Source: Octopus sinensis (Eukaryota). Taken from it: a DNA stretch of 64,000 bases. Position 1 is the stretch's first letter. Each line of letters begins with the position of its first letter. The notes beneath the pieces were generated by a model, which saw only the letters and a program-made list of their open reading frames with translations, had not been told where the DNA came from and did not search any database. Position numbers and translations under genes: made by a program. The stretch covers positions 22,134,001 through 22,198,000 of the forward strand of contig NC_042998.1 in assembly GCF_006345805.1 (NCBI RefSeq), written 5' to 3'. Positions 23,621-35,350 of the stretch are shown piece after piece.

Positions 23621-24093
23621 CACCATCCCTGTGCAATGGAGAGAAATGTCTACCCCACCTCTTTTACTGTAACACATTAAATTAATTAATCTATATGCAT
23701 GTGTGCGTGTACGTGTGTGTGTGTATATGTGAGTGGGTGGGCTGTCATATCATGTATGTCATCTGTGTCATCACTTCGCTCACAACCCCCCCCCACTTGC
23801 ATTATCTATCCCTCTTTCATGCCACATCGTTTCTCACCCCACCCCCACCCTGGCCCAGTGAAGTCCCTCCCTTTTCGCTCCCCCCCACTTGTGGCCCACA
23901 CCCCCTCATTTTGTCATCCCGCTCATGCCATCAACTGTAATGTGTCTGCTGTCAGCTTCTGTTGATAGCAACAACAACAACAACAAAATCTACTACTACT
24001 ACTACTACTACTACTACTGCTGTTACTCTGTATATGAAATAAACCATGTGGTAACTGGGTAAAGGCAACTAGAACCTGGAACCATTAGATAAC

Positions 24094-24346
24094 CAAAATA
24101 ATACTTATTTCTTTATTACCCACAAGGGGCTAAACACAGAGGGGACAAACAAGGACAGACATAGGTATTAAGTCGATTACATCGACCCCAGTGCGTAACT
24201 GGTACTTAATTTATCGACCCTGAAAGGATGAAAGGCAAAGTTGACCTCGGCGGAATTTGAACTCACAACGTAACGACAGACGAAATACTGCTAAGCATTT
24301 CGCCCGGCATGCTAACGTTTCTGCCAGCTTGCCGCAAAATAATACT
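24094..24346 (-). mobile_element. Full-length SINE family B with 12-bp TSD
   Basis: caaaataatact at 24094-24105 and 24335-24346. Confidence 0.9.
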
Positions 24347-24544
24347 GTTGTTGTTGATGATGATGACATTGGTAATGATGATGATGACGACGATGGAGAT
24401 GAAGATGATGACGGCAGTGATGATGATGATAACAATGACAATGGTAACAACGGTAATGATGATGATGGTGGTGATGAAGATGATGATGATGGTGGTGGTG
24501 GTGATGCTGATGGTTAATTCTGCCGCTAATTTCGGTCGTTAGAT

Positions 24545-24950
24545 TGTGGCCATGCTGGAGCACTGCCTTGAGGAATTTTTATCCAACAAATTGACCCCCA
24601 GAACTGAAGAATTTAAATCAAATGGACCACCCCCATCATCAACCCCACCCACCGCACTTATAATTATTCTTTTTAAGCCTGCCGCTTAGATTATACCTCC
24701 CCCTTTTGATGAACCGCTAAGTTACTGGGATGTAAACCCACCAACACCGGTTGTCAAGCAATAGTGGCGGGGGACAAACACTGACACACACACACACACA
24801 CATGACAAGCTTTCAGTTTCCATCTATCAAATCCATTCACAAGGCTTTAGTCAGCCTGTAGAAGAAACTTGCCTGAGGTGCCATGGAGTGGGACTGAACC
24901 TGGAACCATGTGGCTAGGAAGGAAACTTATACTACACAGCCACACCCATG
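24545..24950 (-). mobile_element. SINE family A, diverged
   Basis: Both modules are recognisable in reverse. Confidence 0.8.
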
Positions 24951-25472
24951 CAGCGCTTTGTTGGGTGCTGCATCTATTGCATAAGTGTGGGTGAATTTTG
25001 GTTTTGTATTGTTCTAAGGCACAGCTTTTTATGTTAGATTACTCATTATTAAGTAACTAACTGGCTCCATGCCATTAAAAATGACGGCTAATTGTAGTAT
25101 TTTATATATAAATATGGAGGCTAAATCAAATTAATACACTTGTCAATGTTCACATACATTCTCATACTTCTCTCGTACACACATACATACATATACTCAC
25201 ACAGAGTTGAAACACTGTTTGAGTTTTCTTTTCAGCATTGAATGTTCACCATCCCACCAGTTTGCCATCACCCCTTCCATCCTTATTCATCTATCACCCC
25301 TTCCTTTCTCATTCATATGTTGTGACAGAGAAAAACACTAGAGTATTATTATAGTAGATGTTTGTTCCAATGTAGGCCTTCCTTATTTCAAGCTTTCAAT
25401 ATTTTCATTAAACCAAAGAAGCTCATTACAACAACACCAAAAATAAGAAACTATGGAATGTGCTTCAATTGT

Positions 25473-25773
25473 AATATTTGAATTCCAATGAAGGCAGCGA
25501 GCTGGCAGAAACGTTAGCATGCAAGTCGAAATGCTTTGCTGTATTTCATCTGTCTCTACGTTAAGAGTTCTAATTCCGCCGAGGTCGACTTTGCTTTTCA
25601 TTCTTTCAGGATCAATAAATTTATGTTCCAGTTGCCTTTCATTCTTCCAGGATCGATAAATTAAGTACGAGATCGATAAATTATGTAACTGGGGTCATTC
25701 TAATCAGCTGGCCCCCTCCTCCAAAATTTCGGGCCTTGTACCTAGAATAGTAACGAATATTTGAATTCCAATG
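25473..25773 (+). mobile_element. SINE family B (tail ii) with 18-bp TSD and internal duplication
   Basis: aatatttgaattccaatg at 25473-25490 and 25756-25773; the ggatcgataaatt segment is repeated three times. Confidence 0.88.
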
Positions 25774-25974
25774 CAAACATGGAAGTTGCAAACTTCATGA
25801 ATCAAATGACTGCATTGGTCATACAAGTACAACACTCTCTTGGTGTTTGACTATGCGTTTACTGCAAAGTTACATTACAACACACTAATAAAACAGTGAA
25901 TGCAACAAAAGCGATCAGAAAACAAGTAAGAAATCATGGAAATTAGTTGATGTCCTTGCTAGGAGATAGCATAT

Positions 25975-26300
25975 CATCATCATCATTATCCAGTATTTTT
26001 AATCCGGGTTTTGTCCCCGTTAACGGGGGTGGCCAGATCTACCTCAATGCCATAGGAACTGAGGTAGGCAGGTGCAGCCCACTCCAACCTTGGGCTGGCT
26101 GGTGCCCATTCTCCTTTGCTATCATGAGGCTTTTTTTGGAGCTGGATTTCCTACGGAGAGCATGCCCTAGCTTACCCCCAACCTCAGCTTCTAGACATGA
26201 GTGGTCCCAAGATCAAGGCCTCTTACCACAGTTTTTAAGAAATGTGGTGTAAAACTAGCTCACGAAGTCAGGGACACTACTCTCTGAGACTCCTTTCGGA
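25975..26300 (-). mobile_element. 3' end of a second RTE-like element ((ATG)n tail)
   Basis: (cat)n followed by GC-rich sequence containing agctggatttcctacgg, related to the C-family motif. Confidence 0.45.
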
Positions 26301-26709
26301 GCCCCTCTCCTACTTAAAGATGCAAAAATTTCATGTTTGGTTATGTCAGTCTGTCTCTTTTATCGAATGCACACATGCTTGGTTAGCCCGAAGCTATTGT
26401 AGAAGACACTTGCTCAAGGTGCCACGCAGTGGGACTGAACTCAGAACCATGTGGTTGGTAAGCAAGCTTCTTACCACGCAACCATGCCATATATTTCCAA
26501 TGTTTGTTGAAAGCCTTCAGATATTTTTCTAATAAGTTTAACACCATGTGGCCCATCCCCTTATTTAGCATTTATCTCAAACTGTTTCCCACACCAGTGA
26601 CTAGGCTGCTATAAAATAAGATCAGTGTGTGTGTGTGTGGGGGGGGGGAGGGTATGTGTTTGCAAGTTTTAATGTTAAGGTTGTTAATTATAAAGTTACA
26701 AAAACGAAC

Positions 26710-26813
26710 TTTTGTTGATGACAGTAGTACTCAATACTCTTCGTAGAGCCAAACTTGTCATCCACAAATTGTTTGACTGGGACTTCAGGTTCCGTCTGTT
26801 CTGACTTGTTCAA
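26710..26813 (-). CDS. Weak candidate exon; possible start MTSLALRRVLSTTVINK
   Basis: Non-repetitive, GC-richer island. cag acceptor at 26814-26816, ATG at 26761, weak donor gttcgt. An alternative open frame reads LNKSEQTEPEVPVKQFVDDKFGSTKSIEYYCHQQ. Confidence 0.2.
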
Positions 26814-27269
26814 CTGGTTGAATAATTCATTACATTAATTACTGTTTACGTCTGTGCTAACTACCCTGTCAGTCTGTCTGTCGGTGTGTCTGTCTGTGCG
26901 TCTGTGCTAACTAATCTCTCTGTACTCCTGACTCATTCACACCCACACCTTCAAAACTCATCCATCATTTTTCCTTTTCTTCTTCTTCTTCCTCCATTTC
27001 TCTTATATAATGTCTCTCAGCATCATCCTTTTGTTTTTTTGGTTTTTTTCTTTGTTTTTGTTCCGTGTTATCATTCCATTTCTGTTACTGTTTGAGAGAG
27101 AAAGAGAGAAATGAAGAAGAAAAGAGTGAGACAAGGTTAAAAAGAATGAAATACAAAACAAAACAAAAAAACGAAAAAAAACAAAGTCAATTTTTAAAAA
27201 GTAAAATTAAAGGATTGCATAAAATATGTTTTAAGTTTATATAAACTAATTAAAGTTGATTCACTCCTA

Positions 27270-27790
27270 CTTCTCATCTGCTGCAATCATCATCATAGTC
27301 GTCATCATCACCATCATCATATTCATCATGTTCATCATCATCATCAACACCACCACCATCATTATCAACATTGTCATTATCATCATCATCATCAGTATCA
27401 TCCTTATCGTCATCATCATCATCATCATAAACATCGTTATTATCATCATCATCATCATCACCTACATCATCATCATCATAAACATCGTTATTATTATCAT
27501 CATCATCATCATAAACATCGTTATTATCATCATCATCATCACCTACATCATCATCATAAACATTGTTATTATCATCATCATCACCTACATCATCATTATC
27601 ATCATCATAAACATTGTTATTATCATCTACATCATCATCACCTACATCATCATCATCATCATCATAAACATCGTTATTATCATCATCATTATCATCAATA
27701 TTGGCATTATCATCATCGTTATCATCCTCGATATTGTCAGCGTCATCATCCTTGTTTGTCGTTAATGTTATTGACACCATCATAAGTTTT
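27270..27790. repeat. (ATC)n microsatellite with higher-order motif
   Basis: taaacat(c/t)gttatt at 27428, 27479, 27512, 27557, 27608 and 27665. Confidence 0.95.
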
Positions 27791-28264
27791 TAATACCTTC
27801 ATCACCTTTCCTCACTGCTATACATACTCCCTTAACCGCTGCCCCTATATGCACACACACACTTACACAGGCACACACACTCACACACACATACACACTC
27901 ACACTTCTAGCTCTGATCCCCATATGTCTTCTTTCTCTCATTAACCTTCTCTGAAATGAAAACCGACCCCTGTAACACATTCATCCTTTTGAAATAGACC
28001 CCTTTTTTTTATTTTAGTTTTCTCCTTTATTTCCCTGCCTCCATCCTTCTTTCCACTCCCCCACAGCTTTCTTGCTTATCTCCTCCCCCCCACCTTCTTG
28101 GCTCCTTTCCACCACCATCACCACCGCCGCCATTACTAGCCACCCACCCCCACCTAACCTGCACCATAACAACCCTCATTCACCCCCCCACCACCTCCAG
28201 CAGGGTATTTGTGCACCTTTTTTCTACTCAGATTGATCCTGTTTCCATCATTTCTTTATTCATA

Positions 28265-29075
28265 CGTTTGTTGTTGCTAATTTTGTTGCTGCTGCTGCTA
28301 CATCTGTATCGTTGTTGCTAATTTCGTTGCTGTTGTTGCTACTGCAGTTGCTGTTGTTACTAAAGTTGCTGCTGTTGTTATTGTTGCTGTTGCCGCCACT
28401 GCTACTATTGTTGCTTCTAATTTAGTTGCTGTTGTTGCTATTATTGCTACTGCTGCTGTTGTTGTTGCTGCTGCTGCTACAACTGCAATCGTTGCTAATT
28501 TAGTTGATGTTGTTGCTACATCTGTATTGTTGTTGCTGCTGTTACAATTGCTATTGTTGCTAATTTAGTTGCTATTGATGTTGTTACTGCTGCTGAAGCT
28601 GTTGCTATTGTTGCTACTGTTGTTGTTGTTGCTGCTGCTACAACTGCTATCGTTGTTGCTAATTTAGTTGCTGTCGTTGCTACTGCAGTTGCTGTTGTTA
28701 TTATTGCTGCTGCCGCCACTGCTACTGTTGTTGCTTCTAATTTAGTTGCTGTTGCTGCTATTGTTGCTACTGCTGTTGTTGTTGCTAATTTAGTTGCTGT
28801 CATTGCTACTGCAGTTACCGTTGTTGCTGCTGTTACAATTGCTATTGTTGCTAATTTAGTTGCTATTGATGTTGTTGCTGCTGCTGAAGCTGTTGCTACT
28901 GCTGTTGTTGCTGCTGCTGCTACAACTGCTATCGTTGTCGCTAATTTAGTTGCTGTCATTGCTATTGTTGCTACTGCAGTTGTTGTTGTGGCTACAACTG
29001 CTATTGTTGCTAATTTCGTTGTTGCTGCTACAATTGCTAATTTAGTTGCTATTGATGTTGTTGCTGTTCCTATTA
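28265..29075. repeat. Compound (GTT)/(GCT) cryptic repeat with recurring gctaatttagttgct
   Basis: Triplet-periodic tract; the minus frame gives Thr/Ala-rich text with TKLAT repeats. Confidence 0.9.
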
Positions 29076-29129
29076 CTGTTGTTATAGTTGTGGGTTTTAT
29101 ATACTTTATTATTCTTTTACTTGTTACAG

Positions 29130-29359
29130 TCATTTTGACTGTGGCTATGCTGGAGCACCGCTTTTAAAACAAATCAACCCCAGGACTTATTCTTTGTAAG
29201 CCTAGTACTTATTCTATCGGTCTCTTTTGCCAAACTGCTAAGTTATGGGGACGTAGATTCACCAACATCAGTTGTCAAACGATGTTGGGGGTACAAACAC
29301 AGCCGTACAAACATATACAGACACAGACATATAAATATGTGTGTGTGTGTGTGTGTAAA

Positions 29360-29411
<52 letters not shown>

Positions 29412-29715
29412 TATATATACACATACACACACACATATATATATATACACATACATGCATACACACACACACGCATTTATATATATATATATATATATAA
29501 TATATATATATATATACATACATACATACATACATATATATATATATATATGTGTGATGGGCTTCTTTCAGTTTCTGTTTGCCAAATCCTCTCAGAAGGC
29601 TTTGGTCTGATCAAGGCTATAATAGAAGACACTTGCCCAAGGTGGCATGCAGTGGGATTGAACCTGGAACCATGTGGTTCGTAAACAAGTTACTTACCAC
29701 ACAGCCACTCCTGCA
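29130..29715 (-). mobile_element. Full-length SINE family A with ~230-bp internal microsatellite
   Basis: Both modules are in reverse around a TA/TG tract. Confidence 0.88.
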
Positions 29716-29899
29716 CTGTTATTGTCACTGTGCTGTTATAGTTTTACTTGTTGCTGCAGCAGCAGATGTTACTGCTGCTGCTGCCTGCTGATTGCTGCTG
29801 TTGTTGATTTCGCTGTTGAACTTCTTGTTGTATCATTACTATAAACACACCTGCTTATATTGCTGTTCTTTAAGCCACTGCTGCAGTTACGGCCGATGT

Positions 29900-30160
29900 G
29901 GTGGTGGTGGTGGTGGCAGTCGTTGTGGTGGTGGTGATGGTGGCAGTCATGGTGGTAGTGGTGGTGGTGGTGCTGGCGGCAGTGGTGGTGGTGGTGGTGG
30001 TGGTGGTGGTGGTGGCAGTGGTGGTGGTGGTGGTGGCAGTAGTGGTGGTGGCGGTGGCAGTAGTGGTGGTGGCGGTGGTGGCAGTGGTGGTGGTAGTGGC
30101 AGCCGTGGTGATGGTGGTGGTGGTGGCAGTCGTGGTGGTGGTGGTAGTGGCAGGGGAGAT
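29900..30160. repeat. (GGT)n/(GGC) microsatellite
   Basis: Directly visible. Confidence 0.95.
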
Positions 30161-30437
30161 GGTATCGTATAGCAAACGTGTGTGACCTCATCGAATGATC
30201 CTCTCGATCAGGTTGCTATAGCTTTCATTTGAAACCACTTTGCTCCATTCGTGTCAGTACCTCACCCTACACCAGAAGAACACAATCCTCGTGCATTCCT
30301 TCACCGTTTCTCTACTCGTATCCTCTGCATTTGGTACATAAGAAGCAACTACAAACTATTTTATATTTATTTTTTACAGCATAAATATAAATATGTGTCT
30401 GTGTGTGTATGTATTTGTGTGTGTATATATATATATA

Positions 30438-30805
30438 TATCGTTGCTATTATGTTAAACTGTCGTATGTACAAATTTGGCCAAATGTCTTTTTTTCGAGT
30501 ATTAAATTTTGCTTGCAACAGTTGGTTCTTTTGGTCAAACTATATCTTCAGCTGCTTAAGATTCCAAGATATGAAAATTGTCAAAGTGTAGTTAGTCCCA
30601 CATTTGACAGTTTTGAAGAACTTTTTCTGACTGAAAATATCGTACATGCATAGAGTTACGATTTTATGCACCCAACAAAGTATTATTGTTAAGCTGAAAC
30701 TGTTGCTAATGTAAAAAAAAAAAAAATGGAATGGTAAAACTATTTTTTCATTTTCTGAAAAAGCAACCTTTGGACCTACAACACTTTTGCATAATAGCAA
30801 CAATA
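30438..30805. mobile_element. Non-autonomous TIR element (MITE) in TA context
   Basis: TIRs tat(c/t)gttgctattatg / cataatagcaacaata; both ends recur at 22150-22560. Confidence 0.7.
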
Positions 30806-30904
30806 TATATATATACTTTATTAATAAAGCATACTACCTCTTGTATTCAAGTACTATTTTTTCCCCACCTTGTTTCACATTTATATGCTTACTCTGGTAT
30901 ATAT

Positions 30905-31200
30905 ATCATCATTATTCATCATTGTTTAATGTCACTTTTCCATGCTGGCATGGGTTGGATGGTTTGACAGAAGCTGGCCAAGCAGGGAGCTATCCAGAAT
31001 CCAATTGTCTGTTGTGGCATGGTTTCTCTGGATAGATGCCTTTCCTAATGGCGACCACTTAACAGAGTGTGCTGGGTGCTTTTTACGTACAATCTGCATG
31101 GGTGCATTTACACAATACTTGCATGGGCACATTTTATGTGACACCAGCACCTGTAAAGGACAAGCCAGTGTGTATGGATGACAGTGAGTTTACTTACTTT
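30905..31200 (-). mobile_element. Diverged family C copy
   Basis: catcattgtttaatgtcacttttccatgctggc...gatgcctttcctaatg. Confidence 0.75.
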
Positions 31201-31559
31201 TCAAGTACAGCAAATCACCACAACTCCTGGTCCCCTAACACTTTCCCAGTGAGGCCCAGTGTCCAAAGATCCTTTCCCACCACTTTGTCATATGTATTCC
31301 TGATATATGTCAAAAACAGGATCAAAGGTCTTTTCCAAGCTATAGGCTCATCTCATGAGGCTGGTTTCCTAGATTCTGTGGTGTGTATAAATAATCCCTC
31401 ATGGATGGGATCTGGATCTGTCGCAGGATTATCCATTTTTGCCAACTGAGTGGATTGGAGCAACATGAAATGAACTGTTTTGCACAATACACAATATATC
31501 ACCCAGTCCAGGATTTGAAACCACAATCTCAGAATCATGAGTGCAATGCCCTAATCACA

Positions 31560-31805
31560 AATGCCAGTACTGCCTCACTGGCCCCATGCTAGTGGAATGT
31601 ATAAAACACCTACTATACTCTTGGAGGGGTTGGCATTAGGAAGAGCGTCCAGATGAAGAAACCTTGCTAGATCAGACTGAAGACTGGTGCAGCCTCCTGG
31701 CTTGCCAGTCCTCAGTGAAACTGTCCAACCCATGCCAGCATGGAAAGCAGACATTAAAAGATGATGATGATGATGTTGATGAGGACGATGGGGATGATGA
31801 TGATG
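31560..31805 (+). mobile_element. Family C copy
   Basis: Body plus (GAT)n tail. Confidence 0.8.
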
Positions 31806-32815
31806 ATGACTAACTGATGCAAATTTGCCTTTAGAATTTAAAATATGTCCCAAACATATTTTAATTAACCTAAAGTTCATTCACTCCTAATTACTGCTTA
31901 GTACTGAATCTACGACATGTAATATTCTTCCTAGTAATTATTGGTGTCAATAAGAGACTGGAATGACATCTAGATGCACACTGGGATTGTGTGGTAGTAT
32001 ATATATGATGAGTTGGGTGTAAAACAACCCACTCAAACTTACTCAGTTAGTTGCAGTAGTTTTAAGTAACTCACACCTATCTGACAGGTACAAACCTGAT
32101 TTTAGAATGTTCCGGTATGGATAGGAACCAATTGCACTGTATCATCCAGGGTAATGCTGGTGTATTTCCTAGATGAGTGGCTATGGAAAGCAAAGGGTGC
32201 TAGCAAGCTGCAAATTTATGATGTGAATAGTTAATCTTGATAGGAAGCAGAGATGGGGGCCTGCTTGTTGGAAGCTGAATCGTTGCATTTCCAGTGCAGA
32301 AAGCCAACTGAGATTAGATTAATGGGCAAATCAAAGTTGACTTGCGGGGTTAAATGAAAACAGCAGCTCTAATTCTTGCTACACATGCTAACTGTTACTT
32401 TGCTGCTCTTCATATTTAAATATTCCTGTTATACAAATAAAACATTAAAAAGAAAAAAAAAACAGTAAAACATATAAAACAAAATTTAAATAAAAATTTA
32501 TAGGGAAATTAAGAAAAGCAACATAAAACAAACAGCAAAAAAATATTAATAAAAGTAAAAAGTTATGTTAATGGTACATTGTAATGGCATTAGACTTATC
32601 ATCTTTTATTACATAATTAAATAGAAGAATAAACAAAAAATGGCTATATTACTTTAACATGTTATTTAGAAAGGGTTAACACTTGCCATCTTAGATTACA
32701 TAAATGCTATTTTATTTCAGGCTATAACATTACAGGACTGTTTTCATAATCACATACACATTTTGCATCAGTTTATTAAAATTCATATATATATACAAAC
32801 ATACATACATAACAT

Positions 32816-32847
<32 letters not shown>

Positions 32848-32849
32848 TA

Positions 32850-32893
<44 letters not shown>

Positions 32894-33143
32894 CCACACA
32901 AACATACATATATATATATAATAATATATATATATATATACACACAACATACATATTATATTATAGAAATATAATAATATATAACACACACAAACATATA
33001 TATATCTATATAGAGAGAGATATGTATATAAATGCATACATATATATATATATGATATACATTAAAATATATATATATAAATAAATTTCCTTATAAATAT
33101 GCACATAAATATATTTATGCATATATGTAGATACATATCAATG

Positions 33144-33183
<40 letters not shown>

Positions 33184-33439
33184 CATACATGCAAGTATGT
33201 GTATTTGTGTGTGTGTATGGAAGCATGTGCGTATATATAGAATATGTGTAGATGTGCACATTTGGCAAGGTAGTTACTAATTTCCGTTTGCAACTCTATG
33301 ATTTTAGGTTCAGTTCTACTGCATGGTACCTTGAGCTAAGTTTCTCCTCTTATATGTATGTATATATATATGTATGTATGTATATATATATATATATACA
33401 TATATATAATCATCATCATCATCATTGTTTGACTGAGGA

Positions 33440-33780
33440 CTGGTGAGGTATTGCCAGTGCCGCTGGCACGTAACGAGAACCATTTGAACATGGTCATTGC
33501 CAGTACCACCTGAATGACCCTTGTGCCAGTGGCACATAAAAGCACCCATTACACTCTCGGAGTGGTTCGCGTTAGGAAGGGCATCCAGCTGTAGAAACTC
33601 TTCCAGATTAGATTGGAACCTGGTGCCGCCATCTGGTTTGCCAGTCCCCAGTCAAATCCCCTCACAAGTCTTTGGTCGGCCTGAAGCTATAGGAGAAGAA
33701 ACTTGCCCAAGTTTCCACGCAGTGGGACTGAACCCGGAACCATGTGGTTCGTAAGCAAGCTACTTACCACACAGCCACTC
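33440..33780. mobile_element. Family C fragment (+) fused to a SINE A head (-)
   Basis: C body to about 33655, then caaatcccctcacaag...cacacagccactc. Confidence 0.75.
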
Positions 33781-34479
33781 ATATTAAAAGAAATTATATA
33801 TGTGTGTGTGTGTTTGAGTGATTGTGTGTGTGTATGTGTGTTTGTATATGTGTGTATACATCTGACGCTAATTCGCACCCTCTGCCAGTTGAACTGTTCA
33901 TAGAATATTACAAGTAATTGTAATTTCTTCATCTTAGAGAACCATCCACCTGTGGAATTCTCGCATTCTTTCATTTATTGTAATATTCTTTTTATTTTTT
34001 ATTTTTTGCTCTATAGAGAAAAGAAATGTTATTTCATGTGCAATTTTGAAAACCTGCCATGTATGGCACCCATACAGATATGTCAATGATGTATGCTTCC
34101 TGGATTTACGACTGCGAACAAAAACTATACAATTTTTGTGTTGAGTGAAAAGGGGAAAAAAGGTGGGGAGATATTTTAATGTTTCAAAAGAGCATTTCTT
34201 ATTTTAGCAGGGTGTTATTGATTTCTTTTAATTAGGCTGAGTTAAAATTAATGTAAAGTGCAACCTTTAAAGTTCTGAATAGCAGACCTTGGAATGGTAA
34301 CAGTTAGTTCTTGGAGGAAAAAAAAAAAAAGCTTGCCAGCTTGCATTTGTGAATGAGTCATGAGTTCCAAATTTAGCTGATCCTTTTTTATTAAGAAGAC
34401 ATGGAGGGGAGGAATGGTGCTGCTTTTCCTTTCTTTGAATGAAGTAATATCTTTCTTCTCTCCTTTTTTTTCTTTTTTT

Positions 34480-35110
34480 TTTTACTTGTTTCAGTCATTT
34501 GCCTATGACCATCCTGGGGCACTGCCATGAAGAATTTTTTAGATCGATCCCAGTACTTATTTATTTATTTTTTTAAACCTGGTGCTTGTTCTATCAGGCT
34601 TTTTTACCAAACAGTTCAGTTACAAGAATTAAACACACCAACACCCGGTTGTTAAATACTGGTGAGTGACAAACACACACACACATATATATATGTATGT
34701 ATGTATGTTGTATATATATATGTATGTATGTACGTTGTATATATATATATATATATGTATGTATATGTATGTATGTTGTGTGTATATATATATATGTATG
34801 TACGTTGTATATATATATATGTATGTATGTTGTGTGTATATATATATATATGTTGTATGTATCTATATATATATATATATATGTGTGTGTGTATGTATAT
34901 ATATATATATGTGTGTATGTATATATATATATGTGTGTGTGTATGTATATATATATATGTGTGTGTATGTATATATATATATATGTGTGTGTATGTATAA
35001 TATATATATATGTATGTGTATATATGTATGTGAATATTATATGTTGTATGTATTATAGATATAATGTATGTATATATATATATAATACACATACACGCAC
35101 ACACACATAC

Positions 35111-35160
<50 letters not shown>

Positions 35161-35350
35161 ATATTATATACACACACACATACACACACGCCAGTCTTCA
35201 TTCAGTTTCCATGTACCAAATCCCCTCACAAGGCTTTGGTTGGCTTAAGGCTATAGTAGAAGGCATTTGGCCAAGGTGCCATACAGTAGGTCTGAACCCA
35301 GAACCATGTGGTTGGGAAGCAACCTTCTTACCACACAGCCACGCCTGCAC
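34480..35350 (-). mobile_element. SINE family A with ~500-bp expanded internal microsatellite
   Basis: 3' module 34480-34680, TA/TG tract 34680-35185, head module 35190-35350. Confidence 0.8.
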
